DNA from: Clostridia bacterium
GTDB lineage: Bacteria; Bacillota; Clostridia; Oscillospirales; CAG-272
Reading direction: 5' to 3'
Assembly (NCBI GenBank): GCA_017452475.1
Contig: JAFTMJ010000003.1
Coordinates: 1-63,653, forward strand
DNA length: 63,653 bases
Part shown: in pieces, positions 48,175-57,318 of the stretch
How positions within the stretch are numbered: the stretch's first letter is position 1
How the letters are laid out: the number at the start of each line of letters is the position of its first letter
The notes under the pieces: model-generated
The model's input: the letters and a program-made list of their open reading frames with translations, nothing else
The model's database searches: none
What the model was told of the DNA's origin: nothing
Made by a program: the position numbers and the translations under genes

Positions 48175-48268
48175 ATATACCTCTTAAATTTGTCAAATCA
48201 TACATAAATTATTTTATCATAGTTAGTAACAAAAATCAATATAATAAAGTAATAAAGGAGAATTGACT

Positions 48269-48583
48269 ATGAAAGAAAATGAGGATATCAGCATAAGAGA
48301 AGCAATAAAGGTCTTAACACTGTTTTTCATACTATCGGTTGTTTCAATGGTGATGATTTATTCAAAATTTGAACAAGGGGTCGAGGATTTTTGGGAAAAC
48401 AGGGAGGAATATAAAAACACGGTTTTGGACAGCGAAATTTTTGACCTAATCGACCTTGATAATGTGAAAACGACGGATGGAGTGTCTGATTTTGATGCGG
48501 AAGCCAAGGTTAATGAGTATATAGAAAGCGGTGGAGAGGAGCAGGTGTTTTCGTCATTTTTCGATACACTGTGGCAAAAATAG
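48269..48583 (+). CDS. Small single-TM acidic hypothetical protein
   Basis: One N-terminal TM then acidic domain; AAGGAG RBS; 3 bp upstream of M50 protease. Confidence 0.65.
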   Translation: MKENEDISIREAIKVLTLFFILSVVSMVMIYSKFEQGVEDFWENREEYKNTVLDSEIFDLIDLDNVKTTDGVSDFDAEAKVNEYIESGGEEQVFSSFFDTLWQK

Positions 48584-48586
48584 CAA

Positions 48587-49162
48587 ATGGAGGGCTTTAG
48601 CGAAAAAGTAGGTATTTTAGCCCTGCTTGTCACAACATTGAGCTTAGGCACATCCCCTCACCCAATCATTCTGATTTTCTCATATTTGATCCACGAGCTT
48701 GGACATTTGGTTTTTTCATCTCTTGCAGGCGCAAAGCTGAAAAAGCTTAAGATAGGGCCCTTGCACCTAAGCATTTCCTATGACACAAGCGGTCTTACAT
48801 ATAAAAGGGAAATTTTAGTTCAATTAGGAGGCATAGCCTTTAACCTTTTCTTTGCCCTTTGTGCCCTTGCCTTGCCAATAAAGGGTAACGGGGCGGAGTT
48901 CTTTATAGTGAGCAATTTTTCCTTAGCCGCAATGAACCTTTATCCCGTGTCAATATTAGACGGCGGAGGTATACTTAAAAATGTGTTTTCCCTATTTTTG
49001 TCGGGGGGAGTGGCTGAAAAAGCCTCGCGCACAGTGTCCTTGGTGTGCGGAATTCTTATGTGGCTTGTGGCGGTTTATTTGCAAATAATATTTAAGTCAA
49101 ACCTGTCATTGTTCATTATATCCGTGCTATTGCTTGTTGAGCTTTGCTTTTCTTACTCATAG
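48587..49162 (+). CDS. Site-2 protease (M50, SpoIVFB-like)
   Basis: HELGH, NLYP...LDGG, multi-TM. Confidence 0.85.
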   Translation: MEGFSEKVGILALLVTTLSLGTSPHPIILIFSYLIHELGHLVFSSLAGAKLKKLKIGPLHLSISYDTSGLTYKREILVQLGGIAFNLFFALCALALPIKGNGAEFFIVSNFSLAAMNLYPVSILDGGGILKNVFSLFLSGGVAEKASRTVSLVCGILMWLVAVYLQIIFKSNLSLFIISVLLLVELCFSYS

Positions 49163-49351
49163 AGTAAAATCAACATAAATTCACCAAGCACTCGCACACG
49201 TGTGCGATTTTATAAAAAAATGTAATTTTTTTGCCCGTAACTATTGCACTGTGTGATGTTTTTTGATATAATGCAATTGATTTATCATTTTTCGACAGGT
49301 AAAGACGATACCTGTCAGTATAGATCAATCTATGAAAGAACGGGGAAAGAA

Positions 49352-50473
49352 ATGAACGAAAAAAAGATCATTGAGCTTAAGAATGTAGCTAAGTCCTACG
49401 ACGGTGAGATAATTCTTGACCACATTAATCTTGATGTTCACGAAAAGGAGTTTATGACTCTTTTGGGACCAAGCGGCTGTGGAAAAACAACTACTCTTCG
49501 TATTATCGCAGGCTTCGTTACACCAGATACAGGAGACGTGGTATTTGACGGCGTTAGAATTAACGATATCCCGGCATATAAGCGCCATGTAAACACCGTA
49601 TTCCAGAAATATGCATTGTTTCCGCATCTAAATGTTTATGAAAACATTGCTTTTGCTCTTCGATTGAACAAGGTATCAGAAGAAGAAATTTTTGAAAGAG
49701 TTACAGAAATGCTCGCTATGGTTAACCTTCGCGGCTTTGAAAAGAGAGATGTTAACCTTCTTTCGGGCGGTCAGCAACAGCGTGTTGCCATTGCCCGCGC
49801 TTTAATCAACAAGCCAAAGGTGCTTTTGCTTGACGAGCCCCTTGGCGCCCTTGACCTAAAGCTTCGCAAGGATATGCAGAACGAGCTTAAAAATATACAG
49901 AGAAAAACAGGCATTACCTTTATTTATGTTACCCACGACCAGGAGGAGGCGCTTTCTATGTCCGACACCGTTGTGGTAATGGCAGACGGTAAAATACAGC
50001 AGATTGGCACTCCAACCGACATATATAATGAGCCGGAAAACGCCTTCGTTGCTGACTTTATCGGCGAAAGTAATATAATTGACGGTATTATGCTTGATGA
50101 CTATAAGGCTAAATTCTCAGGTCACGAGTTTGTTTGTCTTGACAAGGGCTTTGAGAAAAACGAGCGTGTTGATGTTGTTGTCCGCCCTGAGGATGTGGAT
50201 GTTGTCCCTCCCGAAAAGGGTATGCTTACAGGCGTTGTCACCTCCGTTACCTTCAAGGGCGTTCACTATGAAATTATCGTAAACATCAATAATTTCAAGT
50301 GGATGATACAGTCAACAGACTATGTGGAGCCAAACCAAAAGATTGGTATTTACATTGAGCCTGATGCAATTCACATTATGAAAAGGTCTGAATATTCAGG
50401 TCAATTTGGAGATTACTCGTCCTTCAGTGATGAGCTGGACAAGCTATCCGATGTAACAGAGGAGGAAGAGTAA
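49352..50473 (+). CDS. potA: Spermidine/putrescine ABC ATPase
   Basis: [35 protein letters not shown]; promoter TTGCAC 49244-49249 / TATAAT 49267-49272. Confidence 0.93.
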   Translation: MNEKKIIELKNVAKSYDGEIILDHINLDVHEKEFMTLLGPSGCGKTTTLRIIAGFVTPDTGDVVFDGVRINDIPAYKRHVNTVFQKYALFPHLNVYENIAFALRLNKVSEEEIFERVTEMLAMVNLRGFEKRDVNLLSGGQQQRVAIARALINKPKVLLLDEPLGALDLKLRKDMQNELKNIQRKTGITFIYVTHDQEEALSMSDTVVVMADGKIQQIGTPTDIYNEPENAFVADFIGESNIIDGIMLDDYKAKFSGHEFVCLDKGFEKNERVDVVVRPEDVDVVPPEKGMLTGVVTSVTFKGVHYEIIVNINNFKWMIQSTDYVEPNQKIGIYIEPDAIHIMKRSEYSGQFGDYSSFSDELDKLSDVTEEEE

Positions 50474-50477
50474 TAAA

Positions 50478-51308
50478 ATGACAAAAAAGAGCTTTATGCA
50501 AAAGGCGGCCGCTGCCCCCCACGTTGTTTGGGCGGTGCTGTTCATAATAGCTCCCTTGATATTTGTTGTTTATTATGCCTTTACCGACAAGGACGGTGCA
50601 TTTACCTTTAGCAATATTACCGAGCTTATGCAGGCAAGCTACCTTGAAATCTTTTTAAGGAGCCTTTGCTTCGCCTTCTTAGCAACGGTTATTTGCTTGA
50701 TTATTGCATATCCAATTGCGTATTTTATGGCTAAGGCAAAGCCAAAAACCCAAAAAATACTTATAATGCTTGTTATGCTGCCACAGTGGCTCAACTTCCT
50801 AATCCGCACCTATTCTTGGATGGCGCTTTTGGAGGACACAGGCATTATCAACTCTATTTTGGGTGTTTTCGGCATCGACCCCATACATATGATAAACACA
50901 TCGGGAGCCGTTATTTTGGGTATGGTATATAACTACCTGCCTTATATGATTATTCCACTTCATTCCGTTATAAGCAAGATCGACCCTAAGCTCTTAGAGG
51001 CGGCGGCTGACCTTGGCTGTAGCCCCTTAAAGGTTATAACAAAGGTGGTTTTGCCACTTAGCGTTTCGGGCATTATTTCGGGTGTAACAATGGTGTTCGT
51101 TCCGTCAATCAGTACCTTCTACATTTCACAAAAGCTTGGCGGAGGTAACTTTGACCTAATCGGTGATACCATTGAAAGGCAGTTCCAAACCGCCTACAAC
51201 TATAACCTCGGTGCCGCTATGTCCTTTGTGCTTATGCTGATTATTATTGTCAGCATGGCAATAATGAACAGGTACTCAGGTGAGGATGACGGGGGTGTTA
51301 TAGTATGA
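50478..51308 (+). CDS. potB: Spermidine/putrescine ABC permease
   Basis: LIRTYSW, YNYLPYMI, EAAADLG. Confidence 0.92.
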   Translation: MTKKSFMQKAAAAPHVVWAVLFIIAPLIFVVYYAFTDKDGAFTFSNITELMQASYLEIFLRSLCFAFLATVICLIIAYPIAYFMAKAKPKTQKILIMLVMLPQWLNFLIRTYSWMALLEDTGIINSILGVFGIDPIHMINTSGAVILGMVYNYLPYMIIPLHSVISKIDPKLLEAAADLGCSPLKVITKVVLPLSVSGIISGVTMVFVPSISTFYISQKLGGGNFDLIGDTIERQFQTAYNYNLGAAMSFVLMLIIIVSMAIMNRYSGEDDGGVIV

Positions 51309-53443
51309 AAAAGAGTAAAATCTTCGGTAACATCTATACCGTCCTTGCATTCATCTTTCTGTATATGCCAATTGCGGTTTTGGTAATTTTCTCCTTTAAC
51401 GCATCTGACAGTACAGGAAATATTACAGGCTTTTCACTTAAGTGGTACGGTGAGCTTTTTAGCGATGCCGCCACACTAAACGCACTTAAAAACACGCTTA
51501 TCCTTGCAATTTTGTCCTCCATAATTGCCACCGTTATCGGTACAATGGCATCCTACGGTATTAACAAAATGCAAAATAAGCACATAAAGAGTGCAACTAT
51601 GTCAGTTACAAAAATACCTATGATAAACCCTGAAATCGTTGTAGGTATTTCAATGATGCTTTTGTTCGTGTTCGTTGGCGGCATTGTGGGCTCACAGTCA
51701 AGCCTTGGCTTTGGCACTGTTTTGATTGCCCACATCACCTTCAATTTGCCTTATGTTATACTTTCCGTTTTGCCTAAGTTTAAGCAAATGGACAAGTCAT
51801 TGCCTGAGGCGGCGCAGGACTTAGGCTGTACCCCCCTTCAGTCATTTTTCAAGGTTGAGCTGCCTGCTATTTTGCCGGGTGTTGTTTCGGGCTTGATTAT
51901 GGCATTTACCTTATCCCTTGACGACTTTGTTATAAGCTATTTCACAATAGGCAGCGGCTTTGAAACCTTACCTATCAGAATTTACTCAATGACAAAGAAG
52001 CGCGTTACTCCCGATATGTACGCCCTGTCAACACTTATCTTTGTGTCTATCCTTGTTCTTTTACTCATCTCCAACCTTACCTCTGACAAGAGCAGAGAAA
52101 AGATGTCCAAAAAGGCAAAGAAGATAACCAAAATAGTTGTTGGCTCCCTCTTTGGTGTGATTGCGGCTGTTACAATCGTAGTGTTTATCGTTTCCGCCTC
52201 CACAGAAACCCTTACCCTTAATGTATATAACTGGGGTGAGTATATTTCCGACGGCGGTGAGGACACCCTGGATGTTAACCAAAAATTCGAGGAGTATTAT
52301 GAGGATTGGTACTTCAAAAAGTATAATAAGCGCGTTAAGGTTAACGTAAATTACACAACCTATGCAAGCAACGAGGATTTGTACGCAAAAATCAAAAGCG
52401 GCGCGGCGGATTACGATATTATCGTTCCCTCCGACTATATGGTTGAGCGACTTAAGTCCGAAGGACTTTTGCAGACTATTGACTTAAGCAAAATCCCCAA
52501 CTATGAAAATATTTCGGAGCAGTTTAGAAACCCCTATTACGATAACGGAAAAGAGAAGTACTCCGTTATGTATACCTACGGTATTGTCGGTATTGTCTAT
52601 AACAAGGACAAGATAAATGATGATGACCTTGCTAAAATCGAGGCAGGTGAGGCAGGCTGGGAGCTTCTTTGGGATGAGGACTACAAGGGTCAAATCCTTC
52701 AGTTCAATAACGCCCGTGACGCCTTCGGCGTTGCTATGTACTCTCTCGGTATTGATGTGAACAACGCAACCGATGCTGAGTGGCAAAAGGCATACGAAAG
52801 GCTTAAGGAGCAAAAGCCATTAGTGCAGAGCTATGTTATGGACGAGATATTTAATAAAATGGAGGGTGGCGAGGCTGCCTTGGCGGCATACTACGCAGGC
52901 GACTGCCTTTCTATGATAGAAAGGGCGGCGGAGGCAGGCGTTAACCTTGGCTTCTACTATCCCAAAACCAACGGTAAATATGTCACCAACATTTTTGCAG
53001 ATGCAATGTGCATTCCAAAGAGCGCCACAAATGTGGAGCTTGCCCACGCGTATATTAACTATATGCTTAGTGAGGAGCCTGCGGTTGCAAATGCGGAATA
53101 CCTGTATTACGGCTCACCAAACAAGCTTGTTGTGAACAACGGGGACTATATTGATTACCTTGGAGATGACTACGGTGTTATATACCAAGAGGAATTTGAG
53201 TCCCAGCTTGATTATATGTTTGAAACCTATGCATACAGGAGCTTGCCCGATGAAAAGCTAAAGCTTCAAAACAACCTATGGGAAACACTTAAGGTTGGCT
53301 CTGATTCCTTCGACAGCGGTATTTATGTCATCTGCGGTGTTATTGCCGCAGTGCTTATCGGCTTTGGCGTATATTGCTACATTATTAAGCGTAAGCGCAG
53401 AAGACTGTATTGGAATACGCAAAAGGAAGCAAGCAAAAAATAA
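51305..53443 (+). CDS. potC: Fusion of PotC permease and PotD binding protein with extra C-terminal TM
   Basis: FLYMPI, AHITF, EAAQDLG, TLSLDDF; then LNVYNWGEYI, SNEDLY, YDIIVPSDY; final TM followed by KRKRRR. Confidence 0.9.
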   Translation: MKKSKIFGNIYTVLAFIFLYMPIAVLVIFSFNASDSTGNITGFSLKWYGELFSDAATLNALKNTLILAILSSIIATVIGTMASYGINKMQNKHIKSATMSVTKIPMINPEIVVGISMMLLFVFVGGIVGSQSSLGFGTVLIAHITFNLPYVILSVLPKFKQMDKSLPEAAQDLGCTPLQSFFKVELPAILPGVVSGLIMAFTLSLDDFVISYFTIGSGFETLPIRIYSMTKKRVTPDMYALSTLIFVSILVLLLISNLTSDKSREKMSKKAKKITKIVVGSLFGVIAAVTIVVFIVSASTETLTLNVYNWGEYISDGGEDTLDVNQKFEEYYEDWYFKKYNKRVKVNVNYTTYASNEDLYAKIKSGAADYDIIVPSDYMVERLKSEGLLQTIDLSKIPNYENISEQFRNPYYDNGKEKYSVMYTYGIVGIVYNKDKINDDDLAKIEAGEAGWELLWDEDYKGQILQFNNARDAFGVAMYSLGIDVNNATDAEWQKAYERLKEQKPLVQSYVMDEIFNKMEGGEAALAAYYAGDCLSMIERAAEAGVNLGFYYPKTNGKYVTNIFADAMCIPKSATNVELAHAYINYMLSEEPAVANAEYLYYGSPNKLVVNNGDYIDYLGDDYGVIYQEEFESQLDYMFETYAYRSLPDEKLKLQNNLWETLKVGSDSFDSGIYVICGVIAAVLIGFGVYCYIIKRKRRRLYWNTQKEASKK

Positions 53444-53449
53444 TACTTT

Positions 53450-53492
53450 CCCCCAAGCTATCCAAGCGGTAGCTTGGGGCTTTCTTTTTTTA
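53450..53492 (+). terminator. pot operon terminator
   Basis: CCCCAAGCTA-N9-TAGCTTGGGG followed by T-rich tract. Confidence 0.75.
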
Positions 53493-53496
53493 CTTG

Positions 53497-53578
53497 ATTT
53501 CGCTTGAACGAAGGGAGAATAAAACAAATATTTCGCTTGAACGAAAATATAATCTGTTGCAAATTTCGCTTGAACGAA
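53497..53578. repeat. Three identical 16-bp direct repeats at exact 33-bp period
   Basis: ATTTCGCTTGAACGAA at 53497, 53530, 53563; unique 17-bp spacers. Confidence 0.95.
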
Positions 53579-53782
53579 GCGCATAAGCGCCGAAAAATAA
53601 AGCTCTTTCCGCCTTTTGCCTTTACGGCATATACCAAAACCGTAAAAAAAGTACAGATGTATGTAGCCTGATACGTACATCGTTGGTACAAAAAAATATG
53701 GACAAAAAAACCGTTTTGGGGTGGTGTTTTTTCACCGAGATTTCCTGTATAATCTTATCAGTAAGCAAGAAAGGAGAGCCTT

Positions 53783-54097
53783 ATGAAAACGGTAAAGGAT
53801 GGCGATCTTTACAGGGTTGTTGAGCTGTACGGAAAAAGCTTTGAGCTTCGGTACGGCTACTACGAGGAGTACGAAAGGGAAAAATGCGACCCCGTCCCCA
53901 TATATCCCGATTTTAGAAAAAGTCCGGTATATACAAATGAAGGCTTTCCCTTCGTTACCCAAATGCAGGAGCTGTGTCAGCACGGCGAGAGCAGATTTGA
54001 GGATGGGTGCTGTGTAGATTGCAGGTATTTTGAAAACGGGGAAGAGCTGATAGGAATTTGTAAGAGCCCCAAAAACAAAAAGCATATAATGAAATAG
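53783..54097 (+). CDS. Small Cys-rich hypothetical protein
   Basis: 104 aa, AAGGAG RBS, GYYEEYE, PIYPDF, C-x-H...CC-x2-C...C. Confidence 0.8.
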   Translation: MKTVKDGDLYRVVELYGKSFELRYGYYEEYEREKCDPVPIYPDFRKSPVYTNEGFPFVTQMQELCQHGESRFEDGCCVDCRYFENGEELIGICKSPKNKKHIMK

Positions 54098-54121
54098 CAA
54101 AGCGAAATTTAGGAGATTAAT

Positions 54122-57100
54122 ATGGAAAACAGGCTTACAAGAATATTTAAGATAATGGTGGCAATGCTGGCAATTCTTTTGCTCGGCGTAATTGGCGGCT
54201 TCCTTACAACAGTCGGTGCGGAGGAGCTTCCCGAGGGCACCTTAATAGTAGAAACCGAAAACAAAAAAACATACGTTTTCTCTCCTGACGGATATAAAGC
54301 CGAGAATGAGGCGTTCGTGTCCCATACAGGACCGTATCTAATCTACGGTGAGGCAAGCCGTGATATTAGCTTTACCTCAAGCGGCGGTGAGCCCGTAACC
54401 TACGATGTTATATTTCACACATGGACGGCATGGGCGGAAGAATGGTACGGAATTTTTGGTGTTGAAACAGGGGTTACATTAAACATAACCGTGTACGGAA
54501 GCTGTACTTTAAAAGGCTTTAATCATCCGGGAATTTCCGTAGGAGAAAGGCATGTGGGGGCTTCTATGCCTGTTGTTAACTTCACAATCGCGGAGAACAG
54601 CTCCATTACAATTGGAAACCAATATTATGAAACAGAAACGTGTGTTGCAGACGGCGTTGAGATTAGTATAAACGGTGAAGCAACCTCCAGCTTGGACTTG
54701 AGTAGCAGTGATTGGCGCAACAATACAACTCTTGTGCTTTCAAGGGGCGAGAAAACCGGCCACAAAACGGTATATAGCTATGTGGATGATGCAACCTGTA
54801 GAATGACCTGTGATAGCTGTGATTGGGTTGCCAAGGATGTTAATCACCAAATCGAAAACCTTGCCTTGGAGTCCACAGATGAAAATTATGGGCTAAAGCA
54901 TGCGGCAAAATGTGTAATGTGCGGTCATGTTTACTTTGTTGAGAATCACAGTATTAGGTATAATACCAATGAGCAACAGCACATTGCATATTGCAATGAT
55001 TGCAATTACTTCGAGAATTTTACTGACCATACATTTGACAGTACAGGCTGTACTGTGTGCGGCATTACGTACATTGCCGAGCATACAGTTGATGGGGAGG
55101 CAACAAAATATCTTACGATTGATGCATTAACTGAGGTGGTAAAGGAAAAGGGCGGATTAGTTACTCTTCTTAAGAATATAGAAGAACATTACTATGAATT
55201 TGAAGCAGACACAACTAATCTTGTAATCGATTTGGCAGGGTATAAGCTTAGCGGCGTTAATATGGAAGTAGCAGTTGGCGGCTCCATAAAAGTGATAGAT
55301 TCCTCTCAAGCCAAAACAGGAATGCTGATAGGAAGAGGTTATTACAATAATAACATAGAAGGAGAACTCATAATAGATGGCGTAACTTTGGAAAATATCG
55401 CAATTCGTGTACAAAACGGGGGAAGAACTACGCTTTCTAATGCTATACTTAATGACAAATGCATCTTAGTTATGAGTGACGGCTTGTCAATTGTAATTAC
55501 AAATGTTACCTCCAACGGTGAGCTTGAAATTAGTATAAATGCAAGGGAAAATAAAGGAGTAAAAATAGTCAGCGGCGCATTTAAAAAGCTTAAAACTGTA
55601 AATCCGTACGGTCAAAATATATCCGTAAATACGCTTCTTGAAGCGGGTTATGCGTTTGCGGGCGAAAACGGCATTCTTGACGGTTCAAAAGACACCATAA
55701 GCAATGTTACCGCAATAGTTTCCCACGGTGAGCATACTATAGATTCATATCATAACGATGTGGGAACCCACTGGGTAGGCTGCAGCTGCGGATATGCTGA
55801 AGAAAATGTGGAAAAGGAAGCTCACTCAATGAACGAAAGCAACATTTGTCCCGTGTGCAAAGCTGAGATTGAGGCATTGGTTGTTGGCGGTGAAGACGTA
55901 AAATATTTTACAACCGTTAAAGGTGCGGTAGATTATGCAAACACCGTGGCAGTGGCGGAGGTTAGGCTATGCCGTGATGCCACATTTGATCAATTATATA
56001 TTAGAAGCAATATAACCTTGGAGCTTAATAATCATAAATTAACATCAACTGTTGACAGGATATATGTTTACGGCAGGCTTGGGATTATAGATAAGAGTGA
56101 AGGAAAGCAAGGCGGCATCTATGCCAAAAGTGAAGACGGCTATATCATAAATGTTTATGACAAAGCGCAGCTTAGAGTAGTTAACGTAGAAGTGTCAGGA
56201 ATTATTCACTCACCCACCGCTGAGGAAGGAATTTTGATAGAAATTTCAGGTGGCAAATTTACAGGCGCAAATAAATTCAGACTTGGCGATGGCACAAAGC
56301 TGCACATTTCAGGTGGCTTGTTTGAATGTAAAGAGTCGGTAATAGATTTGGGCTGGGGCTCGAGAATTGAGCTTGTAATCACAGGCGGAGAATTTAAAAA
56401 CTGCACTATTCTGGGCAGGTACGATGAAGAAACAAGCTCCTTTGATTTTGACGGAATTTTGAGCAATGTCGGCAATTGTAAAATTTTTATAATCACAGAA
56501 AACGGCACGAGAGTTACATTTGATGACATAACTAAGTACTACGAGGGAACAATGCTCGTAGCACACGAAATGTATGTGTTGAAAAAGGACGAGAAGTGCC
56601 ATTATTATGAATGTACAGAATGTGAAATTATGCTATCAAGCATGCTTGAGCATACCCCGTCATACGCACTGTCACAGGAGGATGCGTCATTGCATACCGC
56701 CGAATGTGCAATATGCAAATTTGATATGGGCACAAGTGAGCATAGCGGCGGCACAGCAACCTGTACAGAGGGCGCGGTGTGTCAGCATTGTAATACCATA
56801 TACAGTGAGCCGCAGGGTCATAAATACGATAATGCCTGCGATGCTGAGTGTAACAATTGTGGAAATACGCGTCAAACAAGCCATAATTATGATAATGCGT
56901 GTGATACCGTGTGTAACAAATGCGGCGCAACACGAAAAGTGAGCCACAAGTATGATAAAGACGGTAAGTGTACAGTGTGCGGCGCCACAGGCGGCAATGC
57001 ACCCGCATCTGAAATCGGTACAGGCGCCATAGTCGGCATTGTTCTTGGCTCGACTGCCGTAGGCGGCGGTATAATATTTGCAATTATCTGGTTCATTTTA

Positions 57101-57127
57101 AGAAGAAAAAAACGCCTCTTGAAATAA
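54122..57127 (+). CDS. Large membrane-anchored surface protein with Cys/His repeats
   Basis: N-terminal signal/TM, about 12 H...CxxC/CxC units, beta-rich blocks, C-terminal TM plus RRKKR; AGGAG RBS. Confidence 0.85.
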   Translation: MENRLTRIFKIMVAMLAILLLGVIGGFLTTVGAEELPEGTLIVETENKKTYVFSPDGYKAENEAFVSHTGPYLIYGEASRDISFTSSGGEPVTYDVIFHTWTAWAEEWYGIFGVETGVTLNITVYGSCTLKGFNHPGISVGERHVGASMPVVNFTIAENSSITIGNQYYETETCVADGVEISINGEATSSLDLSSSDWRNNTTLVLSRGEKTGHKTVYSYVDDATCRMTCDSCDWVAKDVNHQIENLALESTDENYGLKHAAKCVMCGHVYFVENHSIRYNTNEQQHIAYCNDCNYFENFTDHTFDSTGCTVCGITYIAEHTVDGEATKYLTIDALTEVVKEKGGLVTLLKNIEEHYYEFEADTTNLVIDLAGYKLSGVNMEVAVGGSIKVIDSSQAKTGMLIGRGYYNNNIEGELIIDGVTLENIAIRVQNGGRTTLSNAILNDKCILVMSDGLSIVITNVTSNGELEISINARENKGVKIVSGAFKKLKTVNPYGQNISVNTLLEAGYAFAGENGILDGSKDTISNVTAIVSHGEHTIDSYHNDVGTHWVGCSCGYAEENVEKEAHSMNESNICPVCKAEIEALVVGGEDVKYFTTVKGAVDYANTVAVAEVRLCRDATFDQLYIRSNITLELNNHKLTSTVDRIYVYGRLGIIDKSEGKQGGIYAKSEDGYIINVYDKAQLRVVNVEVSGIIHSPTAEEGILIEISGGKFTGANKFRLGDGTKLHISGGLFECKESVIDLGWGSRIELVITGGEFKNCTILGRYDEETSSFDFDGILSNVGNCKIFIITENGTRVTFDDITKYYEGTMLVAHEMYVLKKDEKCHYYECTECEIMLSSMLEHTPSYALSQEDASLHTAECAICKFDMGTSEHSGGTATCTEGAVCQHCNTIYSEPQGHKYDNACDAECNNCGNTRQTSHNYDNACDTVCNKCGATRKVSHKYDKDGKCTVCGATGGNAPASEIGTGAIVGIVLGSTAVGGGIIFAIIWFILRRKKRLLK

Positions 57128-57318
57128 TCAGTTTAATTACTCTCCCTAAATGTCCGTAAGGACAAAAAAGACTGTTGCTTTTATGCGGCAGTCTTTTTTA
57201 TTTTACATTTTTCAAAGCTCCTTGAATTTTTACGAAATTTTTACAATATTATTGAAAAATTGCATAATTAATGATATAATGTAATAAAATAGTGCATTTG
57301 CACAAGAAGGAGGAAATT

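Noticed and set aside
48171-48206. sigmaE sporulation promoter before the spoIVFB-like pair
   Set aside because: A CATACATA -10-like sequence is present but spacing to the candidate -35 is too long; insufficient support
53497-53578. CRISPR array
   Set aside because: 16-bp repeats and 17-bp spacers are well below CRISPR sizes, there are only three units and no cas genes are in the window; kept as a phased repeat instead
53497-53578. LexA/DinR SOS boxes
   Set aside because: The Bacillota box is CGAAC-N4-GTTCG; here the dyad is in the opposite arrangement (TTCG-N6-CGAA)
57240-57318. Purine riboswitch upstream of the NCS2 permease
   Set aside because: The promoter lies about 35 nt from the ATG; no aptamer junction motifs
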